From Calditrichia bacterium (GTDB taxonomy: Bacteria; Calditrichota; Calditrichia; RBG-13-44-9; J075): a stretch of DNA of 64,000 nt. Below are positions 46,729 to 56,139 of the stretch, piece after piece. The position numbers and the translations under genes are program-made. The stretch lies in contig JBOEGD010000001.1 in assembly GCA_050633245.1 (NCBI GenBank), forward strand, positions 64,001-128,000. Direction: 5' to 3'. Under the pieces are notes generated by a model that did not search any database, was not told the DNA's origin, and worked only from the letters and a program-made list of their open reading frames with translations. Position 1 is the stretch's first letter, and every line of letters starts with the position of its first letter.

Positions 46729-47639
46729 TACATTTGTCTGCGCTTGCTCAGATAGCGCATGATCGCGGTATCAAAACTTTCCGTGGTCAAAATATTGTGA
46801 AAATCAACCTTCATGCTGTGGCAAGACTGTTTCAGCTCCTCATAAAAAGAATCTACCATCTCGCGATAGCTTTGTCTTATAAGATACGGCTGTGTTTTTA
46901 GCTCCTCACCGGTCTCCATATCAATAAATGTGCCCTCATCCTCAAAGTCGAAAAAGCGATCTTTCGGATCGAGTATGTTAAAGACAATCACCTCATGGTT
47001 GTAGTAACGAAAATGGCGCAGACCTTCCAGAATCTTTTCGGCATCCTCATATAAGAACTCCGTTAACAGGATAACCAGACCCGGTCGTTTTAGCTTTTCT
47101 GCCATCGTGTGCAGGGTTTGACTAACAGCTGTAGGCGACTTTTGTGGCTTGGCATCCTGCAGCGCTTTCAGCAGAAACTTACTGTAAGACTGCGTGCTCT
47201 TTGGTGGAAGATAGCGATGTAGTTTGTCTGAGAAGAGTGCAAGACCAACCGCATCACGTTGTTTCAGCAGAAGATAAGACAGAGCGGCGGCGAGGTAGCG
47301 TGCATAGTCGAGTTTGGTAACGCTATGGCTGGTATAGCCCATCGAACCTGAAATATCTACCAGAATATTGGCTTTTAGATTGGTCTCTTCTTCATACTGC
47401 TTAATGTAATAGCGATCGGTTCGTCCATAGACCTTCCAGTCGATATCGCGGATATTGTCTCCGGGCATATACTGACGATGTTCGGAAAACTCCACGCTAA
47501 AACCGTGAAATGGACTCTTATGCAGACCGACCAGAAATCCTTCAACGATGAAGCGGGCAATCAGTTCGAGATTCTTAACACGGGAAACGACCTCAGGCTT
47601 AAGATAGTCCTTCGGGTTGTTCGATTTCTTTGCTGCCAT
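46725..47639 (-). CDS. DUF58 (MoxR-associated, vWA) protein
   Basis: GLHKSPFHGFSVEFSEHRQY.PGD..RDIDWK, EEETN, DISGSM; GGAG RBS before ATG 47639. Confidence 0.93.
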   Translation of the reverse strand: MAAKKSNNPKDYLKPEVVSRVKNLELIARFIVEGFLVGLHKSPFHGFSVEFSEHRQYMPGDNIRDIDWKVYGRTDRYYIKQYEEETNLKANILVDISGSMGYTSHSVTKLDYARYLAAALSYLLLKQRDAVGLALFSDKLHRYLPPKSTQSYSKFLLKALQDAKPQKSPTAVSQTLHTMAEKLKRPGLVILLTEFLYEDAEKILEGLRHFRYYNHEVIVFNILDPKDRFFDFEDEGTFIDMETGEELKTQPYLIRQSYREMVDSFYEELKQSCHSMKVDFHNILTTESFDTAIMRYLSKRRQMY

Positions 47640-47717
47640 AAGGTCTCCGTTGAGTATTCCTATTCTGATACGCTTAAAGATAGGAGATGGTTCTGCATCT
47701 TCCAAGGTAAAAGACGG

Positions 47718-47755
47718 GCAATGGTAGCGTGGGTTTTAACCCACGCTACCATTGC
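47718..47755. repeat. Palindrome with perfect 18-bp arms and GTAG...CTAC core (REP-like)
   Basis: GCAATGGTAGCGTGGGTT-TT-AACCCACGCTACCATTGC between divergent genes. Confidence 0.8.
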
Positions 47756-47846
47756 AAAATAGCTAATTCATTTTGTATCTTAAACGCCGAATATGACATC
47801 AAAAAGACGTTAAACGAATATGTTATTGAGATGATCAGGAGAGAAA

Positions 47847-48794
47847 ATGACTACCGAAAAGCATCACAAACTTATTATTATCGGATCCGGACCTGCAGGA
47901 GACACGGCGGCACTCTATGCTGCACGAGCTGAATTGAAACCACTGGTAATTGCCGGCAATCAGCCCGGTGGTCAGTTGATGATTACAACGGATGTTGAGA
48001 ACTATCCAGGATTTCCCGAAGGGATTATGGGGCCGGAAATGATGGAGCGCTTTCGTCAGCAGGCCGAGCGTTTTGGAACACAATATGTCTATAAGATGGT
48101 TACGGGGGCAGACTTTTCCTCACGTCCATTTAAGCTCGACGTTGAAGGTGAAGCCTATACTGCCGATGCCGTTGTTATCGCTTCCGGTGCTTCAGCAAAG
48201 CTGCTGGGTCTGGATTCTGAATCTGAGCTGATGGGGTATGGCGTTTCTGCCTGTGCAACTTGTGATGGCTTTTTCTTCAAAGAGAAGCATGTTGTTGTCG
48301 TTGGCGGTGGTGATACCGCAATGGAAGAGGCTGGTTTCCTTACTAAATTTGCCTCACGCGTAACGGTTGTTCATCGCCGCGATGAACTGCGTGCATCAAA
48401 GATTATGCAGCAGCGGGTGACTGACAATGAGAAGGTTGACTTTCAGTGGAACAAGAGTGTCGTTAAGATGCTGGGAACGAAAGAGAGTGGTGTTACCGGT
48501 GTGCGTCTTAAAGATTCAATAACCGGTGAAGAGAGCGACTTTGCATGTGACGGTGTTTTTCTGGCTATTGGGCACAAGCCAAATACCGATATCTTTGCAG
48601 ATGAGCTTACCAATGATGATCATGGATATCTGGTGACCGAGAAGGGCACCACGAAAACGAATATCCCCGGCGTCTTTGCTGCAGGTGATGTACAGGATTC
48701 GATTTACCGCCAGGCAGTAACTGCGGCAGGCTCTGGATGTATGGCTGCTATCGATGCAGAACATTTTTTGACGGAGCTTGAATTCTCAAAATAG
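47847..48794 (+). CDS. trxB: Thioredoxin reductase
   Basis: IIGSGPAG, GGQL..T..VENYPG, CATCDG, GGGDTAMEEA, GDV..YRQAVTAAG. Confidence 0.98.
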   Translation: MTTEKHHKLIIIGSGPAGDTAALYAARAELKPLVIAGNQPGGQLMITTDVENYPGFPEGIMGPEMMERFRQQAERFGTQYVYKMVTGADFSSRPFKLDVEGEAYTADAVVIASGASAKLLGLDSESELMGYGVSACATCDGFFFKEKHVVVVGGGDTAMEEAGFLTKFASRVTVVHRRDELRASKIMQQRVTDNEKVDFQWNKSVVKMLGTKESGVTGVRLKDSITGEESDFACDGVFLAIGHKPNTDIFADELTNDDHGYLVTEKGTTKTNIPGVFAAGDVQDSIYRQAVTAAGSGCMAAIDAEHFLTELEFSK

Positions 48795-48819
48795 CTTTGC
48801 TGAAATTAAAATGTGTTAG

Positions 48820-48858
48820 AAAAAAGGCCGTCCCGAATTTTACGGGACGGCCTTTTTT
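48820..48858. terminator. Bidirectional rho-independent terminator
   Basis: AAAAAAGGCCGTCCCG-AATTTTA-CGGGACGGCCTTTTTT between convergent genes. Confidence 0.92.
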
Positions 48859-49087
48859 ATGCAAACTCGGTGAGTCTCGAGAATATTTCTTCTTCGGTTG
48901 GAAAGCGCTTTTCCTGTTTCTTTGAAAAGATGAGCTCTCCGTTAACTTCTACTTCGAAAACACCTCCGCTACCTTCAATGAGCTCTGTTGCATGTTGATA
49001 GCGATCTTTTATCGAATCCGCCAAACTGGCGGCCCTTGGCAGGTAGTTTCACATACCGCAATATTCTATACGAATAGATTTTATCAT
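48857..49087 (-). CDS. Rdx/SelW-family selenoprotein (CxxU), 76 aa
   Basis: MIKSIRIEYCGM-U(TGA 49051-49049)-NYLPRAASLA..ELIEGSGGVFEVEVNGELIFSKK..RFPTEEEI; AAGGAG RBS; SECIS-like hairpin. Confidence 0.93.
49018..49048 (-). promoter_or_regulatory. Bacterial SECIS-like element
   Basis: Stem CCGCCA-GTT-TGGCGG (49032-49018) starts 16 nt after the in-frame UGA; G at the loop start. Confidence 0.75.
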
Positions 49088-49232
49088 AGCCATCTCCTTT
49101 GACTGTCGTTAAACCAATTGACTGGTATTGTATTTTGTGCATAATGAACTAAGTATGCAGTAAATGAAAATAAGGCTTTAGAGGGGGAAAAAGCAAATTT
49201 TGGTGATAATTCTATTTGCAGGTATTCTCGCA

Positions 49233-49268
49233 AAGCCTCCACTTTAAATATTGTTAAAGTGGAGGCTT
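49233..49268 (-). terminator. Stem-loop downstream of the Na/Pi cotransporter
   Basis: AAGCCTCCACTTTAA-ATATTG-TTAAAGTGGAGGCTT; 15-bp arms; short U-tract. Confidence 0.7.
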
Positions 49269-49279
49269 GCTAATTCAAA

Positions 49280-51022
49280 TTAATTTTCTGTGGGGCGTCC
49301 ATGTCTGTCGCTCAAAACTTCTTCACCGTGTATTGCTTCACCAATGTTCAACAGGTGGTCTTTCATACGACGATAAGAATTTGCGATGTCCATATATGTA
49401 GTACTCACCAGAGGCTCTACCTGCTCCTCGGATAATCGTTGCCAATGTGTATCGCGTAGTGTGCGAACTTCTTCATTAATCTCATTACTGCGCAAACGAA
49501 TGCGGTTGAGATAGTCGGATGGGCCGTTTACCAGGCCGGCGTGAACGAGATCGAAATAACCTGAGACGCTGGTATGCAAACCGAGAAGTTCTGTTCTCTG
49601 CCGTTTTGAGAGCTTTATTGTGTGGCTTCGCAAGCGCAGATAAAGCTTAAGAATGTCAACAATGTCGTCACTAACCGATTCATATTCATCAATCAGACGA
49701 AGCTGTGATCGCCCTTCTTTAGCGGTCTCGCTGCTAATTTGCTCAGAAAGGATAGCGGTTAAGAATGTGGTAATTTCTTTTTGTACGTCATCAATAATTT
49801 CTTCGCGTTCGAACAGCAACTTTATGACTTCTTCACGCTGTTTCTTATCAGGCTTTTTCAACGTTATTGCCAGCTTTAGATTCTCCAACATGGTTTTAAC
49901 ATGTTTGTCTGTACGCAAAATCTCTTGTCTGGAACGCTCGATGGCAGTAACCGGAGTAGCCTTCTCCTTGAACTCCAGGTGAGTTAAGTGATCGCTACGT
50001 GAACCGCGTTCCTTATTCACATATTTCTCAAGAAAGTTTGCGAAGAAGGGAATAAAGCCAATAAATAAGAGCGTATTAATAATATTAAACCCGGAATGAA
50101 CAGAGGAAATCGCCACTGTTACCCAAGTAAATGTCCCGTCAGGATCCTGATAAGTCAGATCGAATCCAGGGAAAATAAACTCCAATATTGTCGTGAGAGC
50201 CGGCAGATAAATACCCAGATAGATAAGCGTAATCCAGGCGCAACCTAATACATTAAAGAAGATGTGAAAATAGGCCGTGCGTTTGGCATTAATGTCGTCT
50301 GCACCAAGAGATGCCAGATAAGCAGTGATAGTTGTTCCGATATTTTCACCTAAAACCAGCGCTCCGGCCGTTGCGAAGTCGATTACGCCGGTACTTGCGA
50401 GAGCAATGGTAATTCCGAGTGTTGCAGAGGAGGATTGTACAATGATAGTTAAAACACAACCAACAAGCGCTGCTTTCAATACACCAAGATAGCTGGTTGC
50501 CTCAAACATGTGGAAAGCCTGTTCGAACCACGGTAAATCTTTAACCGGCTTAAAACCGTCTTTCATTATTTCAAGACCAAAGAAAACCATGCCGATACCC
50601 ATAATGGCAAGGAATATATAGCGTGCTTTTTCCTGCTTTAGAAACAACCAGCCAAAAGCAGAGAAACCTAGTAAGGGTAAGCCATACTTGCCGATTTTTA
50701 GAGCGAGTATCCAGCCGGTTATTGTGGTGCCAATATTAGCTCCCATAATCACGCCGATTGCACTGGATAATGCCATAAGCTGGCTATTAACAAGGCCGAT
50801 GACCATTACGGATGTAACAGAACTGGACTGCACAAGCATGGTAACGAAGGCACCAATTCCTACAGCCAGAAAGCGATTTGAGGTAACTCTGTTTATTCCC
50901 TGACGAATGCGCGGTCCGGCGATAACCTGAAGGCCTTGCTGCATGTTTTTCATGCCGAGTAAAAAGATGCCCAAACCACCGGCAAGGCTGAAAATAAGCT
51001 TAAAAATTAATTCGGATTGCAT
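49280..51022 (-). CDS. Na+/Pi cotransporter (YjbB/NptA family) with C-terminal PhoU-like domain
   Basis: Two repeats QSSS..GANIGTT and QSSSA..GENIGTT; C-terminal helical ESVSD and RMKDH; start moved to ATG 51022. Confidence 0.93.
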   Translation of the reverse strand: MQSELIFKLIFSLAGGLGIFLLGMKNMQQGLQVIAGPRIRQGINRVTSNRFLAVGIGAFVTMLVQSSSVTSVMVIGLVNSQLMALSSAIGVIMGANIGTTITGWILALKIGKYGLPLLGFSAFGWLFLKQEKARYIFLAIMGIGMVFFGLEIMKDGFKPVKDLPWFEQAFHMFEATSYLGVLKAALVGCVLTIIVQSSSATLGITIALASTGVIDFATAGALVLGENIGTTITAYLASLGADDINAKRTAYFHIFFNVLGCAWITLIYLGIYLPALTTILEFIFPGFDLTYQDPDGTFTWVTVAISSVHSGFNIINTLLFIGFIPFFANFLEKYVNKERGSRSDHLTHLEFKEKATPVTAIERSRQEILRTDKHVKTMLENLKLAITLKKPDKKQREEVIKLLFEREEIIDDVQKEITTFLTAILSEQISSETAKEGRSQLRLIDEYESVSDDIVDILKLYLRLRSHTIKLSKRQRTELLGLHTSVSGYFDLVHAGLVNGPSDYLNRIRLRSNEINEEVRTLRDTHWQRLSEEQVEPLVSTTYMDIANSYRRMKDHLLNIGEAIHGEEVLSDRHGRPTEN

Positions 51023-51290
51023 AATTGTATTCTTCTCTTGGGTTTTCAGACTAGTATGAAGATGCCTGCGTGTTCGATGTGTGCCGTGCTGAAGGCGAGA
51101 GATAATACCAATAACGGACAACTTTGTCAAATATTAAATAAAATGTAACAGCTAAAAAAACGAATATTTGGTGTCGAATTGCGGTTGCGGAAAATTTCAT
51201 TTTGCATACCATGTCGTTAATCACAGTCCAATGGATAAATATCACGAATATTAGGCCTGTCAAGAATGATCATAGAGAGCGAAAGGTATT

Positions 51291-53303
51291 ATGGCGTCGT
51301 TCAGAAATCCGCCACCGGAAGGGTTCATTTTCCCAAACGCCAGCGAGAAGCGTTTTCTCGAAGTACTGGAAGACCTGCCATCGCGCTGGGCCTTCTGGTA
51401 TGAGCCCACGGTATATGGTGGTCAACGTCCCGATTTCGTGATCTGGGTTCCAGCCGAAGAGTTTCCTACTATCTTCCTGATTGAACTGAAAAGCTGGCGC
51501 AAGAATTTCGTTGCGCAGGCCGACCTAACCCATGTGCATATGCGAAACAATCGTGTAGAATACAACCCCATTAGCAAACTGAAGATGGTGCGCAATAATC
51601 TGAACGAAGCATTAATGCACCACTTTCGCTCTGCTCCAGGCCTCGAGAAGGTTGCGGTCATTCCGCTGCTCATTCATTGGGCAGTAGACGTGAAGGACGC
51701 ACACCCACTGCTTCAAGGTGACTCAGAGGTCGATGTACTTGGACGATCGCAGGTGAAAAACCCCGATGATCTGGCAAATGAGCTCATCAATATTACAAGC
51801 AACTACTATAGCTTTGTGGAAGAACTTCCGCCTGTGGTAAGCTCGTCTATCAAACGCGCAATTTTTTCCTGTGTCGATTTAGCTGTTCGCGTTGAAAAAG
51901 CATCCGGGCAGATTCTCCCCGCTGTTATGAAGGAAGAGAGCGAAGGCGCACCACCTAAAGAAGCAAAGCTGGAATACGATCGGCCGATTGCCCCCATGCT
52001 GGATGAGTTTCAAGTAACGGCAATTCGCAATCGTAGCTTGGGGCATGCCTTATTAAGCGGCGTTCCGGGAACCGGTAAAACCATTATGCTGCTTGGAAGA
52101 ATGCGCTGGTATCAGCAGCATAACCCGAAAGAACGACAGCTTTTTGTGGTTCACCAAAAAGTTTTGATTAAAAATTTACAGCAGAAGTATCAGCATCAAT
52201 TCGCTGGCGGCAAGCTGCCGCGCAATATCAGCTTTTTTCGATTTAAGGACTGGTTTACACGCACCTATGAAGGAGTTTATGAACGCTTTCAGGCATATGA
52301 AGGCGATCAGATGGCATTGCTCGATGAGCTTGTTGAAGAGGCCATCGCCGAAAAACTTACGTTGAAGAAAAAAGCAGTAGAGGTATATGGGCATATTTTT
52401 GTCGATGAGGCGCATCAGATGCCGACTCGGTGGATTCACCTGCTTACACGTTTCGCCAAAGCAGAGCAGGAACACAAGCCCAATATCTGGATCGCCTACG
52501 ACAATGGTCAGGGTATTTACAGCGACCGGCGCTTCGAGGGGCGCAAGGTTGGTCTCAATTTTCAGGGAAGATCGCGAAACTTTCATCGGGTATATCGCTG
52601 TGGTTTACTTCCCTGGGCATTTGCAGCCTGTTGTCACCCGGAGGCATTCAATACATATCGGAAGCGGAACTCTGCAGAATATCTCGAATTTACTCATTTG
52701 GGAGAATCGCCTCTTGCCATTGTACAGCCAACACTTGAACAGCAGGCGAAACAGTTAGCCAAGACCATCCGCAAGAAACAAAAACGTGGGGAGTTGAAAC
52801 TTGCCGACGTAACGATCTTCTATGCGGTGGCCGGATTTAGCGAGAAAAACAGCTATCCCGACGAGATGACAAAAGCTGCGCTCGATAAAGCATTTGAAGA
52901 ACTTGGCGGTATTGAGTGGGTGGCCATCCACAAATCCCGTGCAGACTGGACAAGCGACAAGGTCCGGGCGTGTACCTTTACATCATCTCAGGGAATTGAT
53001 GCGCCGGTATCTGTGCTCTACGGAGCGGAATCGTTTCAAATCTTCTCGGAGAGTGATTGGGTAAATCCGGATGCGTTATTCTATACGGTTTTAACCCGCG
53101 CGACGAAGACAATTATTCTCACCTACAACAATTTATCGAAAGACTCTGACTGTCGGTTTCAGCAAGCGTTGTTTACAGGGACGCGGAAGGCGAGCAAATT
53201 ATTACCGACCTTGAAGCAGGTAGAGCCTGTAGAGGCAAAGGATGGCAGGATGGTTTATCGTATTAAGTGGACAAATCTCGATCAGTTTATCCAATCCCAT
53301 TAA
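51291..53303 (+). CDS. NERD-like nuclease fused to an SF1 (UvrD-like) helicase
   Basis: SE..F, RPDFVIW..IELKSW (PD-ExK), NP; GVPGTGKT, VDEAH, AYDNGQGIY, TFTSSQGID, YTVLTRA. Confidence 0.85.
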   Translation: MASFRNPPPEGFIFPNASEKRFLEVLEDLPSRWAFWYEPTVYGGQRPDFVIWVPAEEFPTIFLIELKSWRKNFVAQADLTHVHMRNNRVEYNPISKLKMVRNNLNEALMHHFRSAPGLEKVAVIPLLIHWAVDVKDAHPLLQGDSEVDVLGRSQVKNPDDLANELINITSNYYSFVEELPPVVSSSIKRAIFSCVDLAVRVEKASGQILPAVMKEESEGAPPKEAKLEYDRPIAPMLDEFQVTAIRNRSLGHALLSGVPGTGKTIMLLGRMRWYQQHNPKERQLFVVHQKVLIKNLQQKYQHQFAGGKLPRNISFFRFKDWFTRTYEGVYERFQAYEGDQMALLDELVEEAIAEKLTLKKKAVEVYGHIFVDEAHQMPTRWIHLLTRFAKAEQEHKPNIWIAYDNGQGIYSDRRFEGRKVGLNFQGRSRNFHRVYRCGLLPWAFAACCHPEAFNTYRKRNSAEYLEFTHLGESPLAIVQPTLEQQAKQLAKTIRKKQKRGELKLADVTIFYAVAGFSEKNSYPDEMTKAALDKAFEELGGIEWVAIHKSRADWTSDKVRACTFTSSQGIDAPVSVLYGAESFQIFSESDWVNPDALFYTVLTRATKTIILTYNNLSKDSDCRFQQALFTGTRKASKLLPTLKQVEPVEAKDGRMVYRIKWTNLDQFIQSH

Positions 53304-53728
53304 CCAAATGAAACGCTGTCGCTAAGTTCATTTTGGTCGTCTTCCTGACGCGGGAAGTGTTTATTCAGCTCTTTGCCCGCCAGTTGCACAGCAGCGCAAA
53401 TTCCTTCACAAAATGCTCCATTTTGAAGATGATTTTGCATTTCATTACATAGATCTTGCCAGAACTCCAGCGGCACATGCTGATTAATTCCGCTATCGCC
53501 AATAATTGCAAATTTACAACTCTTCATCGCCAGATAAATAAGCACGCCGTTACGGTCTTTGGTCTGGTGCATGTCCAGCTTATTAAATACTGCTGCTGCG
53601 CGAGGTGTTTGATTGCGCCAACAGCGTCTTTCGACGTGCACGCGAATCTCACCGGAGGTTGTTGCCTCGGCTTCACGGATGGTTTTAACAATCCGGGCTA
53701 TTTCGCTATCTGTGAAGTATGTTTGCAT
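53300..53728 (-). CDS. TPM-domain protein (short)
   Basis: AE..TSGEIRVH, T.DRNGVLIY, FAIIGD.GI, D.NEL.D. Confidence 0.9.
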   Translation of the reverse strand: MQTYFTDSEIARIVKTIREAEATTSGEIRVHVERRCWRNQTPRAAAVFNKLDMHQTKDRNGVLIYLAMKSCKFAIIGDSGINQHVPLEFWQDLCNEMQNHLQNGAFCEGICAAVQLAGKELNKHFPRQEDDQNELSDSVSFG

Positions 53729-53752
53729 AGTAAAAGTTCAAAGTGTGTGTAT

Positions 53753-53821
53753 GCGTGGGTCAAGCCCCACGTTACTTGTTACTTGTTCAATTTTGAGAGA
53801 CGCAATGTATTGCGTCTTTAC
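53753..53821 (-). repeat. Two REP-like palindromes separated by a GTTACTT heptamer duplication
   Basis: Minus strand GTAAAGACGCAATACATTGCGTCTC and GTAACGTGGGGCTTGACCCACGC. Confidence 0.6.
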
Positions 53822-53848
53822 TTCTGTCAGCGCAGCGGTCTGTTTGCA

Positions 53849-54769
53849 TTACCAACCGCCGCTCGCTCCGCCACCGCCTGACATACCACCGAATCCGCCA
53901 CCGAATCCACCGCCTCCTCCACCGCCGAAGCCACCAAAGCCTCCGCCGCGACCACTATTGCGGGATCCGCCTGTCCAAATAATCGGTCCGCCCCATGGAC
54001 TTTGGCGATAACCTCGTTTGGAATAGGTCTCGGATGAATTTCGCCGTGCGCGCAGTATCATAAAAATAAAGATTAGAAAAATGATCAATGGTATAAAGTC
54101 CGCCAAAGAAGGCTCCGGCTGTTTGTGCTGCACCGGAATTTGATATTCTCCTTCAACGGTACCGCTAATGGCGTTAACGCCTTCAAGAAGCCCACCATAA
54201 AAATCGCCTTCGCGAAAACGCGGAGCAATAATATAATCCAGGATCTCACCAGCCAGCGCGTCGGTTAATACGCCTTCCAGGCCATATCCCGTTTCAATTC
54301 GAAAGCGACGATCGCCCAAAAACACAACCAGCAACACGCCATTGTCCTCAAATTCACGTCCCGGCTTCCAGGCATCGAATATTCGGGTTGCGGCATCTTC
54401 CAGATTAGAACTTTCTGGAATCTTGTTGGCAATCAGTACGAAAATTTGTGTTGATGTGCGGTCTGCCAGTGACTTTAATTGGTTCTTCAGAAAATCGTGT
54501 TCGCTGGCCGTGAGTGTTGATGTTAAGTCGGTAACATGGCTTTTCGGCTTGGTCGGTATACCCGAAAAAACCTCTGCTTCTTTTTTTTCAAATGGATTAG
54601 ATGGCAGGCCTGGCAATACCTGAGCGCCGGTAACAGTCGTAACATTCTTTGTGCTGTCCGACTTCCAAGACCAATCTAATTCTGCATCCTGACTAAATAG
54701 CAGAATCGGGAAAAGCAGAACAGCCATCATAAGATGACTGTTGCGAAGCTGTATGTGCATCATAGACAT
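53849..54769 (-). CDS. TPM-domain (YgcG-like) membrane protein with Gly-rich tail
   Basis: DNGVLL..DRRFRIETGYGLEG.LTD; TM helix; GGGFGG..GGGGASGGW. Confidence 0.92.
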   Translation of the reverse strand: MSMMHIQLRNSHLMMAVLLFPILLFSQDAELDWSWKSDSTKNVTTVTGAQVLPGLPSNPFEKKEAEVFSGIPTKPKSHVTDLTSTLTASEHDFLKNQLKSLADRTSTQIFVLIANKIPESSNLEDAATRIFDAWKPGREFEDNGVLLVVFLGDRRFRIETGYGLEGVLTDALAGEILDYIIAPRFREGDFYGGLLEGVNAISGTVEGEYQIPVQHKQPEPSLADFIPLIIFLIFIFMILRARRNSSETYSKRGYRQSPWGGPIIWTGGSRNSGRGGGFGGFGGGGGGGFGGGFGGMSGGGGASGGW

Positions 54770-54771
54770 TC

Positions 54772-55368
54772 TTAGAACTTGACCTTTGGTGCTTCCTGAG
54801 CGCCTTCAGCACTTTGGAAATAGGGCCGTTCCTGAAATCCGGTAAATCCGGCAATGATATTGGCCGGGAAAAGTCTAACACCGGTATTGTAGACCTGGAC
54901 GGTCTCATTAAAGCGTCGCACTTCAGTGGCAATGCGGTTTTCAGTGCCTTCCAGCTGACGCTGTAAATCTCTGAAGTTTTGGTCAGACTTTAATTCCGGA
55001 TATTTTTCCACGACAACCATTAGACGCTGTAGCGCCGAGCCGAGGCTGCTTTGTGCGGCCTGAAACTTCTGCAGCATCGCTGGGTCGTTCAGCATATCGG
55101 GAGAAAGATTTACCATGCCGCCCATTTTGGCACGTGCTTCGGTAACTTGAACCAGCACTTCCTTTTCCTGTTCGGCAAAGCCTTTAACGGTTTCCACAAG
55201 GTTTGGAATCAAATCGTAGCGGCGTTGGTATTGGGTTTCAACTTGCGACCAGGCTGTGTTAACGCCTTCATCGCTGGTTACAAAGCCGTTATACAGGCCT
55301 TTTCCCCATGAAAATAGCAGAAATCCTATAACGGCGATAACGCCTAACGCGATTAACTTTTTCATCAA
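54772..55368 (-). CDS. lemA: LemA family protein
   Basis: YN..V..DE.V..AWSQV..QYQRR.DLIPNLV, YPELKS, LEGTENRI, FPAN. Confidence 0.96.
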   Translation of the reverse strand: MMKKLIALGVIAVIGFLLFSWGKGLYNGFVTSDEGVNTAWSQVETQYQRRYDLIPNLVETVKGFAEQEKEVLVQVTEARAKMGGMVNLSPDMLNDPAMLQKFQAAQSSLGSALQRLMVVVEKYPELKSDQNFRDLQRQLEGTENRIATEVRRFNETVQVYNTGVRLFPANIIAGFTGFQERPYFQSAEGAQEAPKVKF

Positions 55369-55515
55369 GAGCCCTTTCTAAAAAGGTGTATAAAGATTGT
55401 TCAAAACTGTCAGGGGCTTTTTAAGACCAATAGATTTACTAAATGGTCACAGTGGTAGGAATGTAGCACTTGCAGTTGGATTAGCAAATAGAGGAAAGAA
55501 TATCGTTTCAGAAGG

Positions 55516-55543
55516 TGTAGCCCGCAGAAGTTTGCGGGCTACA
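55516..55543. repeat. GTAG...CTAC palindrome just downstream of clpP (REP-like or terminator)
   Basis: TGTAGCCCGCA-GAAGTT-TGCGGGCTACA. Confidence 0.65.
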
Positions 55544-55548
55544 AAAGA

Positions 55549-56139
55549 TTACTTAAGCTTGCTTTGGGAAGAAATAATTTGTCCCACAAGGCCATACTTT
55601 TTAGCTTCGGTGGCGGACATCCAGAAGTTGCGCTCAGTCTGTTTTTCAACCTTTTCGATCGGCTGACCGGTTTGCTTGGCAAATGTCTCATTGAGTCGAC
55701 GACGCATCTTTACGATTTCCTGAGCTTCAATACCGATGTCTGTAGCCTGTCCCATTGCCCCACCACTTGGTTGGTGCAGCAAAAAGCGGGTGTTCGGCAG
55801 GCAGTAGCGATCTTCTATCGGAACACTGACATAAATCAAGGCACCGGCACTGGCTACCCAGCCCGTTCCGACAATTTTAACCTTTGGCTTTACAAAACGA
55901 ATCATATCGAATATGGTATCGCCAGACTCTACGTGCCCACCCTGCGAATTTATAAAAAGCTTAATATCATCATCCGACTCCGAGGCAAGGACTAACAGTT
56001 TCTCACTAACTTCACGCGCCAGCTTTTGATCAATTCCGCCACTGATCATAATGGTACGATTTTCCATAAGGCGGGCGGCCAGGCCTTTTGGAGGAGCGTC
56101 TTGTTTCTTTTCATCACCAGCATCCAAATAGCTGCTCAT
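55549..56139 (-). CDS. clpP: ATP-dependent Clp protease proteolytic subunit (secondary paralog type)
   Basis: FINSQGG, VASAG (Ser), LLHQP (His), ERNFWM (Asn at the Asp position), YGLV. Confidence 0.93.
   Translation of the reverse strand: MSSYLDAGDEKKQDAPPKGLAARLMENRTIMISGGIDQKLAREVSEKLLVLASESDDDIKLFINSQGGHVESGDTIFDMIRFVKPKVKIVGTGWVASAGALIYVSVPIEDRYCLPNTRFLLHQPSGGAMGQATDIGIEAQEIVKMRRRLNETFAKQTGQPIEKVEKQTERNFWMSATEAKKYGLVGQIISSQSKLK

Noticed and set aside
48813-48998. 61-aa plus-strand ORF after trxB
   Set aside because: Runs through the terminator and is antisense to the selenoprotein gene
55462-55488. CIRCE-like TAGCACT half-site upstream of lemA
   Set aside because: Right arm does not match GAGTGCTAA at 9-nt spacing
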